A stretch of 64,000 nt of DNA from Phormidesmidales cyanobacterium (GCA_038260205.1 JBBSOB010000001.1:85-64084); one strand, 5' to 3'; shown: positions 11,082 through 22,103, counted from the stretch's first letter. Numbers and translations are program-made. Notes: generated by a model not told the origin, from the sequence alone.

Positions 11082-12026
11082 GTGCGAATTTTAGTTATTG
11101 GTGGAACGCGATTTATCGGGATCTATCTCACTCGGCAGCTCGTAGCGGCGGGTCATGAGGTCGTATTGCTGAATCGGGGAAATCATCCTGCGCCGGTGGA
11201 GGGATTGGAGACTATTGTGTGCGATCGCACCCAGCCCGAAGCCCTAAAATCCGCCCTTGAGCCATACGCAAAGAACCAAGCCTTCGACGCCATCTACGAC
11301 AACAACGGCCGCGAACTCGCCCATACGCAGCCGCTGGTCGATCTCTTCAAAGGCCAGTTGCAGCACTATATATACGTCAGCTCTGCCGGAGTTTATGCCC
11401 AAAGCGATCAGATGCCTCACGTTGAAGGTGATCCGGTCGATCCCAACAGCCGACATAAAGGCAAACACCACACCGAAGACTATCTCAAGCGCAGCGGCAT
11501 TCCCTTTACGGCCATTCGCCCCGTCTACATCTACGGCCCCCAAAACTACAATCCACTCGAGCAGTGGTTTTTTGATCGCCTGGTGCGCGATCGCCCTGTC
11601 CCTATTCCCGGTAGCGGCATGGCCCTTACCCAGCTCGGTCACTGCAAAGATCTGGCCGCCGCGATGGTTTCAGTTTTAGGCAACGCCCAAGCCATTGGGC
11701 AAATTTATAATATTTCGGGAGATAAGGCAGTTACTTTCGATGGGCTAGCAAGCGCTTGTGCGATCGCCGTGGGCAAATCTCCAGACGAGATCAAAATTGT
11801 CCACTACGACCCCAGCCAATTTGATTTTGGCAAGCGCAAAGCCTTTCCCATGCGCGTTCAGCACTTTTTCACCGACATCAGCAAAGCCAAAGCTCAGCTC
11901 AACTGGCAGCCCCAGTTCGATCTCATTAGCGGACTCAAAGACTCGTACGAGCACGACTACCTTGCGACTCGCCAAGCCGCAACAGACACCGACTTTTCGT
12001 TAGACGATCAAATCTTGAAAGCATAA
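11082..12026 (+). CDS. NAD-dependent epimerase/dehydratase family, CSP41b-like RNA-binding protein
   Basis: Likely GTG start at 11082 (VRILVIGGTRFIG), followed by YDNNGRELA, YVSSAGVY and KRKAFPMRVQHFF. The ORF-track upstream extension is probably not translated. Confidence 0.85.
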   Translation: MRILVIGGTRFIGIYLTRQLVAAGHEVVLLNRGNHPAPVEGLETIVCDRTQPEALKSALEPYAKNQAFDAIYDNNGRELAHTQPLVDLFKGQLQHYIYVSSAGVYAQSDQMPHVEGDPVDPNSRHKGKHHTEDYLKRSGIPFTAIRPVYIYGPQNYNPLEQWFFDRLVRDRPVPIPGSGMALTQLGHCKDLAAAMVSVLGNAQAIGQIYNISGDKAVTFDGLASACAIAVGKSPDEIKIVHYDPSQFDFGKRKAFPMRVQHFFTDISKAKAQLNWQPQFDLISGLKDSYEHDYLATRQAATDTDFSLDDQILKA

Positions 12027-12187
12027 AGCCAGTCTCTCGGTGAATTGGGGGTGCGATCGCTGCTTTGCAGGCAGTATGCTCCTATGATTTTTCACCGGCA
12101 TAGCTCTAGCTCTAGCTCCTATGCCGGTGAAAAGATCTCTTAAAAGCCTCATGTTGAACCACCATCGCTGAGTGCTCTACCCCTTAG

Positions 12188-14248
12188 ATGCTCAAATTTT
12201 TTAGCTCGCCCATTCAGTTCAAAGCACTACTCATTCTCCGCGAAACTTTTCTCTCGCTGCTCCCTGCTGTTTTGATCGTAAATTGTCTGGTGGTGCTCTA
12301 TGGTCTCACCACGCTACTCGCCAGTTGGGGTATTCCAGTTCCTCACATCGACAGAGATGCTTTCAGTCGGCTCAGCAACTTTTTAATGCCGCTTTTTGCT
12401 AGCCTCTCGCTGAGTACGCTGCTAGCCAAAGAAAAAAATCTCGATCAGACGGGAACACTGCTCATTTCTCTCATTTGTTTCTTCCGAGGTTCAGGGTTTC
12501 TCACCATTAGCCAATCCGCCCAAATCGTCTCTTATCACGGCTCTATCCTCACTAGCATTCCGCTCACCTGGATGGCCGTTTGGCTTCTACAATATTTTTC
12601 GACGAAACCTCGGCTGCGCTTCATCTCAGAACAAGACCAGTATCGAACCAACCTGAGTCCTCGTCTAGCGGATACGCTCAATCTGATTGGCCCTGGCTTC
12701 TTAACCGTTTTATGCGTTGAGCTTTTCAGGCAAGGCGTCAGCCTACTGGCGTATATCAACCCAGTAGAACAACTAGCCCTCCCGCTAAGTCCGATGGGTT
12801 CTATTCCAGAACTGATTTTGTTCCAACTGATCTCACTATGCGCCTGGTTTGTGGGGTTGCACGGAGAACACAGCGCTTCCGGCATTTTTCGCTTTCTCTA
12901 CAACACGCCCAGTAGCGAAACGATGTTCTTTCAGCTTCAAACCTTTTATATTGTCTTTGTCCCGATAGGCGGTGCAGGCGCAACCCTGCCAATCCCATTT
13001 ATTATCTTATGGTCTAAACGCCTCTACAGATTTAAAGCGATCGCCCAGCTCAGCCTATTCTTCGCCCTATTCAACATCAACGAAATGTTGCTGTTTGGGC
13101 TGCCCATTATACTCAATCCCATTTTCCTCATTCCCTTTATCTCTACCGCATTCGTTAACACGATAATCGCCCTGAGCGCCATTCACTTTGGCCTATTCTC
13201 CATCGATCCGGCTTACATCCACTGGATGCTGCCACCGCTCTATAAATCGTATGTTGCTAGCCACGGATCGCCCTTGGCCGTACTCACCGAGTTCAGTTGC
13301 ATCGTTGTAGATGGCTGCATCTACTATCCCTTTTTAATCGCCGCCGCTCAGCAATACGAAGCCGCCGCATCCCTGTCCAACCTATTTAGCAAACACAACC
13401 AAAACTTTCTCCCTGAGGCTATCAATCAGCGCCAAGAAACCGCTTTTCTGATACGCCAAAGCAACGCTATGAAAAGGGTAGTCACCAGTCAAAAACTGTT
13501 GAATCATCTCAGCGGCGGACGCTTTTTACTATACTTTCAGCCCAAAGTTGCGGCCTCATCGCTGGATATTATCGGGCTAGAAGCCCTTCTCCGATTTCAA
13601 GATCGCAAAGGAAAAATTCATCTGCCCACCTTTTTGCCAACGCTCTACCGGCAGGGACTCTCCAAATCTCTCGATCGAGAAGTTGTTGATCTCATTTTTC
13701 AGCAGCTAAACCACTGGCGCACCGCTGATGTTACGGTTCCGACTATCGCGCTTAATTTTGACAAGGATTTCCTACTCGACACCGCAGCTATCAAAGCATT
13801 TATTCAGCGATCGCAAGCACACAACGTCCGATTCTGTATCGAAATCACCGAACATACCTACGTTGCAGAAATCAAAGCCCTCGCTTCAGTCGTCTATCAG
13901 CTTCGTGCGGCCGGACATCGCATCTCCATCGACGATTTCGGCACCGGATACTCTTCGCTCACCAGTCTAGTCTCTTTAGCCGCCGACGAAGTCAAACTCG
14001 ACAGAGCGTTAGCCGTTCCTCCCACACGCGAAGTAGAGCGCGGCACTCTGTTACTGCGCGCCAGCGTTCAGCTCTGCCACAACCTTGGGTTCTCAGTCGT
14101 CGCCGAAGGCATAGAAACCCAATCTCAACTTCAGCTAGCCCAAAGCTGCGGCGTAGATGTTGTTCAAGGTTACTACCTCGGCCATCCCATGAATGCTCAG
14201 CAAATCAGTCGCCTGCTTTCAGCCTCAGCGCCCTCCATCAGTGTTTAG
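12188..14248 (+). CDS. PTS EIIC (cellobiose/chitobiose-type) membrane domain fused to an EAL c-di-GMP phosphodiesterase
   Basis: EIIC motifs WFVGLHG, GGAGATL, FNINEMLLFGLPIILNP. EAL motifs GLEALLR, IEITEH, IDDFGTGYSSL, KLDR, VVAEGIET, VQGYY. Confidence 0.85.
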   Translation: MLKFFSSPIQFKALLILRETFLSLLPAVLIVNCLVVLYGLTTLLASWGIPVPHIDRDAFSRLSNFLMPLFASLSLSTLLAKEKNLDQTGTLLISLICFFRGSGFLTISQSAQIVSYHGSILTSIPLTWMAVWLLQYFSTKPRLRFISEQDQYRTNLSPRLADTLNLIGPGFLTVLCVELFRQGVSLLAYINPVEQLALPLSPMGSIPELILFQLISLCAWFVGLHGEHSASGIFRFLYNTPSSETMFFQLQTFYIVFVPIGGAGATLPIPFIILWSKRLYRFKAIAQLSLFFALFNINEMLLFGLPIILNPIFLIPFISTAFVNTIIALSAIHFGLFSIDPAYIHWMLPPLYKSYVASHGSPLAVLTEFSCIVVDGCIYYPFLIAAAQQYEAAASLSNLFSKHNQNFLPEAINQRQETAFLIRQSNAMKRVVTSQKLLNHLSGGRFLLYFQPKVAASSLDIIGLEALLRFQDRKGKIHLPTFLPTLYRQGLSKSLDREVVDLIFQQLNHWRTADVTVPTIALNFDKDFLLDTAAIKAFIQRSQAHNVRFCIEITEHTYVAEIKALASVVYQLRAAGHRISIDDFGTGYSSLTSLVSLAADEVKLDRALAVPPTREVERGTLLLRASVQLCHNLGFSVVAEGIETQSQLQLAQSCGVDVVQGYYLGHPMNAQQISRLLSASAPSISV

Positions 14249-14398
14249 CTCACGCCTTATCTCCAGCCGTCGGCACTCGTGCTAGACAGTTGTGCGGCCC
14301 CATCGCAGCCGTGATTCATAAACTTTTTTAGAAGCAAATTTATCTCAGCTAACGTCTAGGGAAAAATGACCATGGCTATTCCTATATGAAAGCAAAAA

Positions 14399-16996
14399 AT
14401 GGCTTCAACCCTTACGGCAGAAACGTTAGACAGCGCAGAGATTTTGACACAGATCACAGGTCAGCAGGTGTTAGATCGTCACCTATCTCCTCAGATCATG
14501 TTTTTGTCGGCAATGACGACAGTACTAGTAGGCGTAGCTTATGCAGACGGGCAGCTAGCAGAGCGCGAAAAGATTTATCTTCAGAAGGTTTTGAAGCAGT
14601 TCGTGCCAACTGAAAGCAGTCTTGGGAAAATGATTTCTCTCATGCTTAAGGGTGTGCGGAAGCATAAAATTTATACTCGTCTAGATGCCATTACTACCCT
14701 AACCAGCTCATTATCTATTTCTGAGAAGCTAATTATTTTAGGGTTTGGGCATAGGTTGGCGATCGCAGATGGCCATGCAGAAGCACAAGAGAGACAATAT
14801 CTCGATACGGTAGCAAATTCGATAGGTGTACCCAACCAGCAGGCAAAGACGCTGTTCTCCTGTCTTGATGGGAGGCAATCTGAGGTTAACCCAGAAGCTG
14901 TAAAGGAACTGCGATGGTTGCTAGATCCTCAGCGCTTTCAAAACATCGATCCCGCTATTGTTAGGGCTGCTAGCTTTTTCTCCTCTAAGTTCTTGACTCA
15001 GCCAAAAAACGTATCGCCACTGGCTATCCATAAGCCATCGTACGCAAAGCTTGAAAAGTTTCAAGGCTATCAAGAGCAGCTAGGCTCAATTTGCACTGAC
15101 CTGATGCAAGTGCTGCAGGTAGAAGGAGACTACGATCTTTTTCCTACGGTGCTAGAAGATGAGGCGCGATCGCTCACCCAAAAAGTTCAGTCACAAAAGT
15201 TTCGGCTAGCCATCGTAGGTGAGTTTAGCCAAGGAAAATCGACATTTTTAAACGCGCTGCTGGGCGAAGAGTTACAGCCAGTGCGGGCGATTCCCTGTAG
15301 TGGAACGCTGACGGTGCTGAAGTACGGTGCCGAGAAGCGAGTTATTTGCTATTACAAGGATGGAACGCAAGCTGTCATTCCTTTTGACCAGTATCAGCAA
15401 CAAGCATCTATTCCAGAAGAAGCGGCCCTGGGAAATCTAGAGCTTGAGCTAGCAGAATCTAATATTGCTGAGATTGTGCTGGAGCATCCGGGGTTAGCGC
15501 TATGCCGTCACCATGTCGAAATTGTGGACTCTCCTGGATTGAACGAGCACCCTCATCGAACGGCTGTGACTGAACGGTTATTGCAAGATACCGACGCAGC
15601 TATTTTTTTGGCAAATGCGCAGCGCCCGATGACAAAAGGCGAGCGAGATTTATTACAGAGCCTGAAGCATCGCTTGCAGAAAGAAGATCCTAGTATTCCG
15701 GCTGATAATTTGTTTGTGCTAGTTAACTTTATGGATTTGTTGCGATCGCCCAAAGACGCAGCGCAAGTTGAGACGCTAGTAAAAAATGTTGTGTGCAATC
15801 CAGCAAATCCTCTAGTAAGTAACGACAATCGAGTTCATTTCGTGTCTGCGCGATCTGCACTAGAAGCAACTTTGACACAGACACCAAACGAGCATTCTAA
15901 GCCGTTCGCAGAATTCGTAAGCGCCCTCGAAACCTTTTTAGTAGAGGAAAGAGGCGAACTCACCCTTAGAAAGGGGATAATTGATATCCAAAAGCTTGCT
16001 TCAGGAATTGAAGATAGTCTCAAACAAACGACGAATATTTTGGAAGGCAAACTTAGCCTCTCAAAAGCGAAACAGCACGAAATAATAGAACAGACAGGCG
16101 AAATTAGTGGCTTTGATGTCAAGATACAAGCACTTTCAGAGTCTCTAAAAAAAGAAGCGCAATCAGAAGTTCACGGTTTATGGCAAAAATGGCGCAAAAA
16201 TGCCAGAACTCGCCTTGTCCGAAAGAGCGAGCAGTGGACAACTAACCACGAAGACAAGAACAGTATATTAAAGGACTACGCAGAACAATTTTTAGAAGAT
16301 ATTTCCAAAGACTTAGACGAGTGGCTGAAGAACACCGTCATGCAAAATGTCCTGAAACCTAAAATAGACAAGCTAAATGACGACATAGCTAAAAAGCTAT
16401 CTGCTATAGAACATGATTTACAATCTATTGACGAAGACACTGGTGCCAACCTACACACACAACTTAAGCTATCAGGTCTAGGAGTCAACCTCAAGTTTTA
16501 TTCTAAATTAGATGCTAATGCTGTAGGAGATGCTACAAACTTCTGGGATGATTTAGGTCTTAAAGGAGGTGGAATGGCTGCTGCTGGAGTACTAGCTTTT
16601 GCAGGAGTTGGTCTTTTACCAATCCTACTTATAGGTAGCGTCGCTGGAACGGCTGTCAGTTGGTTTTTTAGCAAAGATATAGAAGAGATGAAAGACGAAA
16701 TAAAGGAGGAAGTTTTCAGGAAAGGCATTAGCAAGTTCAAAGAATCTTCTCATACGATCATAGACAAGGTTATTAAAAACATTGAAGACACTTTTAGTAA
16801 AAGGACTCAAGATTTCCACAAGACAGCGGACGCTTCCGTTTCTATTTTATGTAATCTGATAGAGCAGCAAGAAAGCATTCTAAAGGAGACTTTAGCTCAA
16901 AAAGAAATAGAGTCAGAAATTATTAAGAAGAAAAGTATTCAACTGCAAGCTATTGAGATAGCTCTCACGAATCTCACTGAGACAGCATTGAACTAA
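14399..16996 (+). CDS. TerB-like domain fused to a bacterial dynamin-like GTPase
   Basis: N-terminal duplicated TerB-like motifs VAYADGQLAEREK and LAIADGHAEAQER. GTPase G1 GEFSQGKS, G2 region PCSG, G3 DSPG, G4 VNFMD. C-terminal helical stalk with hydrophobic Gly-rich paddle GGGMAAAGVLAFAGVGLLPILLIG. Confidence 0.85.
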   Translation: MASTLTAETLDSAEILTQITGQQVLDRHLSPQIMFLSAMTTVLVGVAYADGQLAEREKIYLQKVLKQFVPTESSLGKMISLMLKGVRKHKIYTRLDAITTLTSSLSISEKLIILGFGHRLAIADGHAEAQERQYLDTVANSIGVPNQQAKTLFSCLDGRQSEVNPEAVKELRWLLDPQRFQNIDPAIVRAASFFSSKFLTQPKNVSPLAIHKPSYAKLEKFQGYQEQLGSICTDLMQVLQVEGDYDLFPTVLEDEARSLTQKVQSQKFRLAIVGEFSQGKSTFLNALLGEELQPVRAIPCSGTLTVLKYGAEKRVICYYKDGTQAVIPFDQYQQQASIPEEAALGNLELELAESNIAEIVLEHPGLALCRHHVEIVDSPGLNEHPHRTAVTERLLQDTDAAIFLANAQRPMTKGERDLLQSLKHRLQKEDPSIPADNLFVLVNFMDLLRSPKDAAQVETLVKNVVCNPANPLVSNDNRVHFVSARSALEATLTQTPNEHSKPFAEFVSALETFLVEERGELTLRKGIIDIQKLASGIEDSLKQTTNILEGKLSLSKAKQHEIIEQTGEISGFDVKIQALSESLKKEAQSEVHGLWQKWRKNARTRLVRKSEQWTTNHEDKNSILKDYAEQFLEDISKDLDEWLKNTVMQNVLKPKIDKLNDDIAKKLSAIEHDLQSIDEDTGANLHTQLKLSGLGVNLKFYSKLDANAVGDATNFWDDLGLKGGGMAAAGVLAFAGVGLLPILLIGSVAGTAVSWFFSKDIEEMKDEIKEEVFRKGISKFKESSHTIIDKVIKNIEDTFSKRTQDFHKTADASVSILCNLIEQQESILKETLAQKEIESEIIKKKSIQLQAIEIALTNLTETALN

Positions 16997-17027
16997 CACA
17001 TATCTAAATTAAAAAAGGAGTTACGAC

Positions 17028-18308
17028 ATGTATATTTTTTCACCGTTAATACAATTGGGAATTCTTGCTGGAAAATACAAAATAGTTGAGACAGCAGCAG
17101 GCGTTTCGATTGGAATGGTTCGAGACTCTGGGACAGGACAGTTTGTCGCACATGCTGTTGGCATGAGTCTTAATCCGCTGACAGCCATATCACAGATGTT
17201 TGTGGGGGCGGGACAACTGTACCAAGGACATAGAGCACTGCAAGGAATCAAGGCACTTTCTACCTCTGTAGCGACACTGCAGGCAACGACGGCTGTAATT
17301 GGCGTAGGCACCGTGTCCGTTGCAGCACTCTCTGCGGTGAATCTTTGGCAAACGCTCAAGCTTAGAAAAGATGTGCGGCAGATGCGCGTTGAGGTTAGGG
17401 AAGGATTTATTGATCTCAAGCAGGTGTTTGCAGATCAAGGTGTTGAGCTAATTGAGCATATTCAGCACGTATCGGAAGATGTAGAGTTCAGGGCGCACCG
17501 GACGATTTTAGCGAGGGCTTACGGTCTGTTCGAGAAGGCCATGAATCGGCTGGGTTCAGCGGTGACGATGCAGGACTTGGGCGCGCGCCATGATGAGATT
17601 AAAGCGGCTAGAGACATGATGTTTCGGGCGCTGTCAGATTATGACAATAGTCAGCTCATGAGCGGTGTTAGCTCGGCTGCGTACATCCGTAGGCGCGAGT
17701 GTGTGTGGGCCATTGAGCAGGCGATCGCCATGACGTACGAAATGCAAAGCGAATGGCAAACGGTGAGCGATCGCCTCACCCACCTAAACACCACTATCCG
17801 ACAAGATGCCGCATTTACCCTGAGCAAAGCTGAAACCCTCGACGAACTAGACTTTTTGTATCCAGAACTCACCAGAATTCGCGATCACGATCTAGTTTCT
17901 ATCGAAGCCTGGAAAAATCGCGTTGACTGGTCTAAAACGCTATCGGTAGCAGAAATGGAACAACTGAAGGCGATCGCACCTGATGAAAATAGCGCGATCG
18001 CAGACATCACCGACCTAGAAACGCCTACCGACGACAAACCAGCCGAATACGCTTTTTATGCAGCGGCTAAATCAAACTTCGTATCAGACGCTTTATATGC
18101 CAGCTTGGTCTACTCCTTTGATTTAGAAGCGCGGCGACAAGGAGAAGACTATATTGCCAAAAGAGCAGCGCTAGCGTCCTTAAGCGCATTCAGCACTCAA
18201 AACCTTAAAAACGCCTCGCCGCTAACAGTAGCCAATCTCAATCTATACTTCGCAGCAAAAGACGAATCGCAAGCAGCAGCAGATGAGAGTACAGCAGTAG
18301 CTGCGTGA
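17028..18308 (+). CDS. Hypothetical protein, likely partner of the dynamin-like protein
   Basis: 426 aa, 31 nt after the dynamin stop, with AAGGAG RBS. Hydrophobic stretch TTAVIGVGTVSVAALSAVNLW followed by a coiled-coil-like segment. I recognise no catalytic motif. Confidence 0.75.
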   Translation: MYIFSPLIQLGILAGKYKIVETAAGVSIGMVRDSGTGQFVAHAVGMSLNPLTAISQMFVGAGQLYQGHRALQGIKALSTSVATLQATTAVIGVGTVSVAALSAVNLWQTLKLRKDVRQMRVEVREGFIDLKQVFADQGVELIEHIQHVSEDVEFRAHRTILARAYGLFEKAMNRLGSAVTMQDLGARHDEIKAARDMMFRALSDYDNSQLMSGVSSAAYIRRRECVWAIEQAIAMTYEMQSEWQTVSDRLTHLNTTIRQDAAFTLSKAETLDELDFLYPELTRIRDHDLVSIEAWKNRVDWSKTLSVAEMEQLKAIAPDENSAIADITDLETPTDDKPAEYAFYAAAKSNFVSDALYASLVYSFDLEARRQGEDYIAKRAALASLSAFSTQNLKNASPLTVANLNLYFAAKDESQAAADESTAVAA

Positions 18309-18345
18309 GCCAATAGCAAATATACGGAACAGCGCCTGACTAAAT

Positions 18346-18384
18346 GCCATTACAGCTAGCCATTACAGCTAGCCATTACAGCCA
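18346..18384 (+). repeat. Tandem 13-bp repeat x3 (GCCATTACAGCTA)
   Basis: Read directly between the dynamin partner gene and dnaK. Confidence 0.9.
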
Positions 18385-18554
18385 GGAGCCTTTTCGCCTG
18401 CCTGCCGATTTCTGCGCCAGAATGCCACCAACCCATAAGCCCGGTTCGGTAACCCCCCCTTCAGCAAACCGCCCTCCATTAAGCACTATAGATATAACCT
18501 TTTCGAACCCAATCGAACAAAGAGTCTTAAAGTTATTCACCCCTGGAGAGATAC

Positions 18555-20468
<1,914 letters not shown>

Positions 20469-20639
20469 ATCAGAAGCGGGTTGAGCATTCTAAGTGAGTG
20501 CTCAGCTCACCTTCAATTTAGTTAAGACCGCCAGATTGACCGCCAGACATAACTGCCAGACACGACCGTTTGGCCATGACCGTTTAGATACGGCGTTAAA
20601 GTAAAGAAACTAGCGATCGCGCTTAAATAATTCCAAATT

Positions 20640-20677
20640 GGGCATTGACAGCAATCAGTTGTACATGCCCTTTTTTT
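20640..20677 (+). terminator. Rho-independent terminator between dnaK and the convergent hli gene
   Basis: GGGCAT..ACAGC-AATCA-GTTGT..ATGCCC followed by T7. Confidence 0.65.
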
Positions 20678-20704
20678 ATGTCTGCTTCGCCGTCAAAATA
20701 GACT

Positions 20705-20875
20705 TTATGCCAAGCCCAGCAGGGTCAGAAGCCCCTTCCCCGTCAACAGCTCTACCAATATCAAGCCAACAATCCCGACCATGGCAGCTCGACCGTTGAG
20801 CTGCTCAGCATATTGATTAAACCCTTTCTTAGGACGCTCCATATTGGGTACTTTTGTGGGCTGAATGCTGGCCAT
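20705..20875 (-). CDS. hli: High-light-inducible protein (HLIP/SCP), 56 aa, absent from the ORF track
   Basis: Manual translation: MASIQPTKVPNMERPKKGFNQYAEQLNGRAAMVGIVGLILVELLTGKGLLTLLGLA*. It carries the chlorophyll-binding ExxNGRxAM motif and one TM helix. Confidence 0.95.
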   Translation of the reverse strand: MASIQPTKVPNMERPKKGFNQYAEQLNGRAAMVGIVGLILVELLTGKGLLTLLGLA

Positions 20876-21145
20876 AGCTATCCTTATAAAAGTTTACACT
20901 TGCCATTGTCGCCAGCGGGCGTATCTTCAGTCAATGGGACTAAGCGCTTTAAATCCTAAAGTTCTCTACATAGGTGCCCTGCCAGGGCGATTTCTTTTCT
21001 GAGCCGCTGCCTAAGAAACGTAGCATTAGTCGCAGAAGACAGAAAATGGCTAGAGGCTAGTAGCGATAGAGAACAACTTACAATGAAATTTGTTTAGTCG
21101 AGTGGCCTAGCCATTTTGGCGATCGCACCGAAGGAAAAAACGTTC

Positions 21146-21319
21146 ATGGCAAATTCAGTACAGTGGACAGCAGCAGCAGAGGCACTTTTAAAGGAAATTC
21201 CTTTCTTTGTCAGACCCGCTGCCCGCAAAAAGATTGAAAAGTTCGCCAGGGAAAACGGGGCCGCTGAAATTACGCCGGGAGTCTATCAGCAGGCCAAACA
21301 GCAGTGTGGACAAAAGTAA
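21146..21319 (+). CDS. Stand-alone PCP_red family protein (protochlorophyllide reductase B-subunit C-terminal-like)
   Basis: MANSVQWTAAAEALLKEIPFFVRPAARKKIEKFARE..EIT matches the WTxEAExxLxxIPFFVRxxARxxIE pattern. Confidence 0.85.
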   Translation: MANSVQWTAAAEALLKEIPFFVRPAARKKIEKFARENGAAEITPGVYQQAKQQCGQK

Positions 21320-21434
21320 GAGACTCCTTGGTCTGTTGATGGTAAATGATGACAAAAAAGCGGCCCCACAAAGCAAAACTCTGTGGGGCCGCTGGATATT
21401 TGAGAACTAAAGGAAACTAGAAAGAGTTAGAGCA

Positions 21435-22007
21435 CTAGCGAATCACTTCACTGTCTACTTCAATCGCGACGGTTTGATCCTCAGCGCTATCGGCGGTATA
21501 AGGAGAGGTGGCTGACTGGGCGGGTGTGGCATACCAGCTACGAAGGACTTCAAACTTGGCTCGAATATTGTCGTAGCGATCGCCATAGCGATCCATTAGC
21601 AACCCATCTAATTTGATAGCCTGGGTTCTCATCTGAGGAAAAAGTCGCGTTTTGGCCGACTGACTGGCCGACTGAGCGATCGCACTCAAAAAGCGAGAAA
21701 TCCGCTCAGTGAGATCTTGTGAATCAGCCTCTTGAACCCAAGCATCGTTGAGTACCTCCGCCGCCTTTTGGCTTCTCTCTTTAACCGTTGCGACCGTCTC
21801 AGAAGTGACCTCCTGTGCCAACGGACTCAAAGTCTGGCGACCTTCTTTAAATTCAGCAACGGTCTGAGAAAAAGCAGCCTTCAAGATTTTGGCAACGCGC
21901 ACAGAGCGAGTAGATCCTTCTTGATAAAGCACTTTGGCCTTATCGAAAGTAGAGGGGGTTTGCTCAGAAGTGAGGCTAGAGAGATCTTCGGGAGTGGTGT
22001 AAGTCAT
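21435..22007 (-). CDS. Hypothetical protein
   Basis: 190-aa ORF, helical composition, same strand as and downstream of the YkvA-like gene. Confidence 0.7.
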   Translation of the reverse strand: MTYTTPEDLSSLTSEQTPSTFDKAKVLYQEGSTRSVRVAKILKAAFSQTVAEFKEGRQTLSPLAQEVTSETVATVKERSQKAAEVLNDAWVQEADSQDLTERISRFLSAIAQSASQSAKTRLFPQMRTQAIKLDGLLMDRYGDRYDNIRAKFEVLRSWYATPAQSATSPYTADSAEDQTVAIEVDSEVIR

Positions 22008-22028
22008 GGTTTTAGCGTCTCTATTAAG

Positions 22029-22103
22029 AAAAAATTGAGTGAGAAAAAATTGAGTGAGAAAAGATCGAATGAGAGCAGATTGAATGAGAAAAGATTGAAA
22101 AAA
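22029..22103 (+). repeat. Degenerate 15-bp tandem repeat x5 (AAAARATTGARTGAG)
   Basis: AAAAAATTGAGTGAG x2, AAAAGATCGAATGAG, AGCAGATTGAATGAG, AAAAGATTGAAAAAA. Confidence 0.85.

Noticed and set aside
20478-20512. TTGAGCATTC-TAAGT-GAGTGCTCAG resembling a CIRCE element near dnaK
   Set aside because: It lies downstream of the dnaK stop, the spacer is 5 rather than 9 nt, and the arms mismatch TTAGCACTC. It is better explained as a 3' hairpin.
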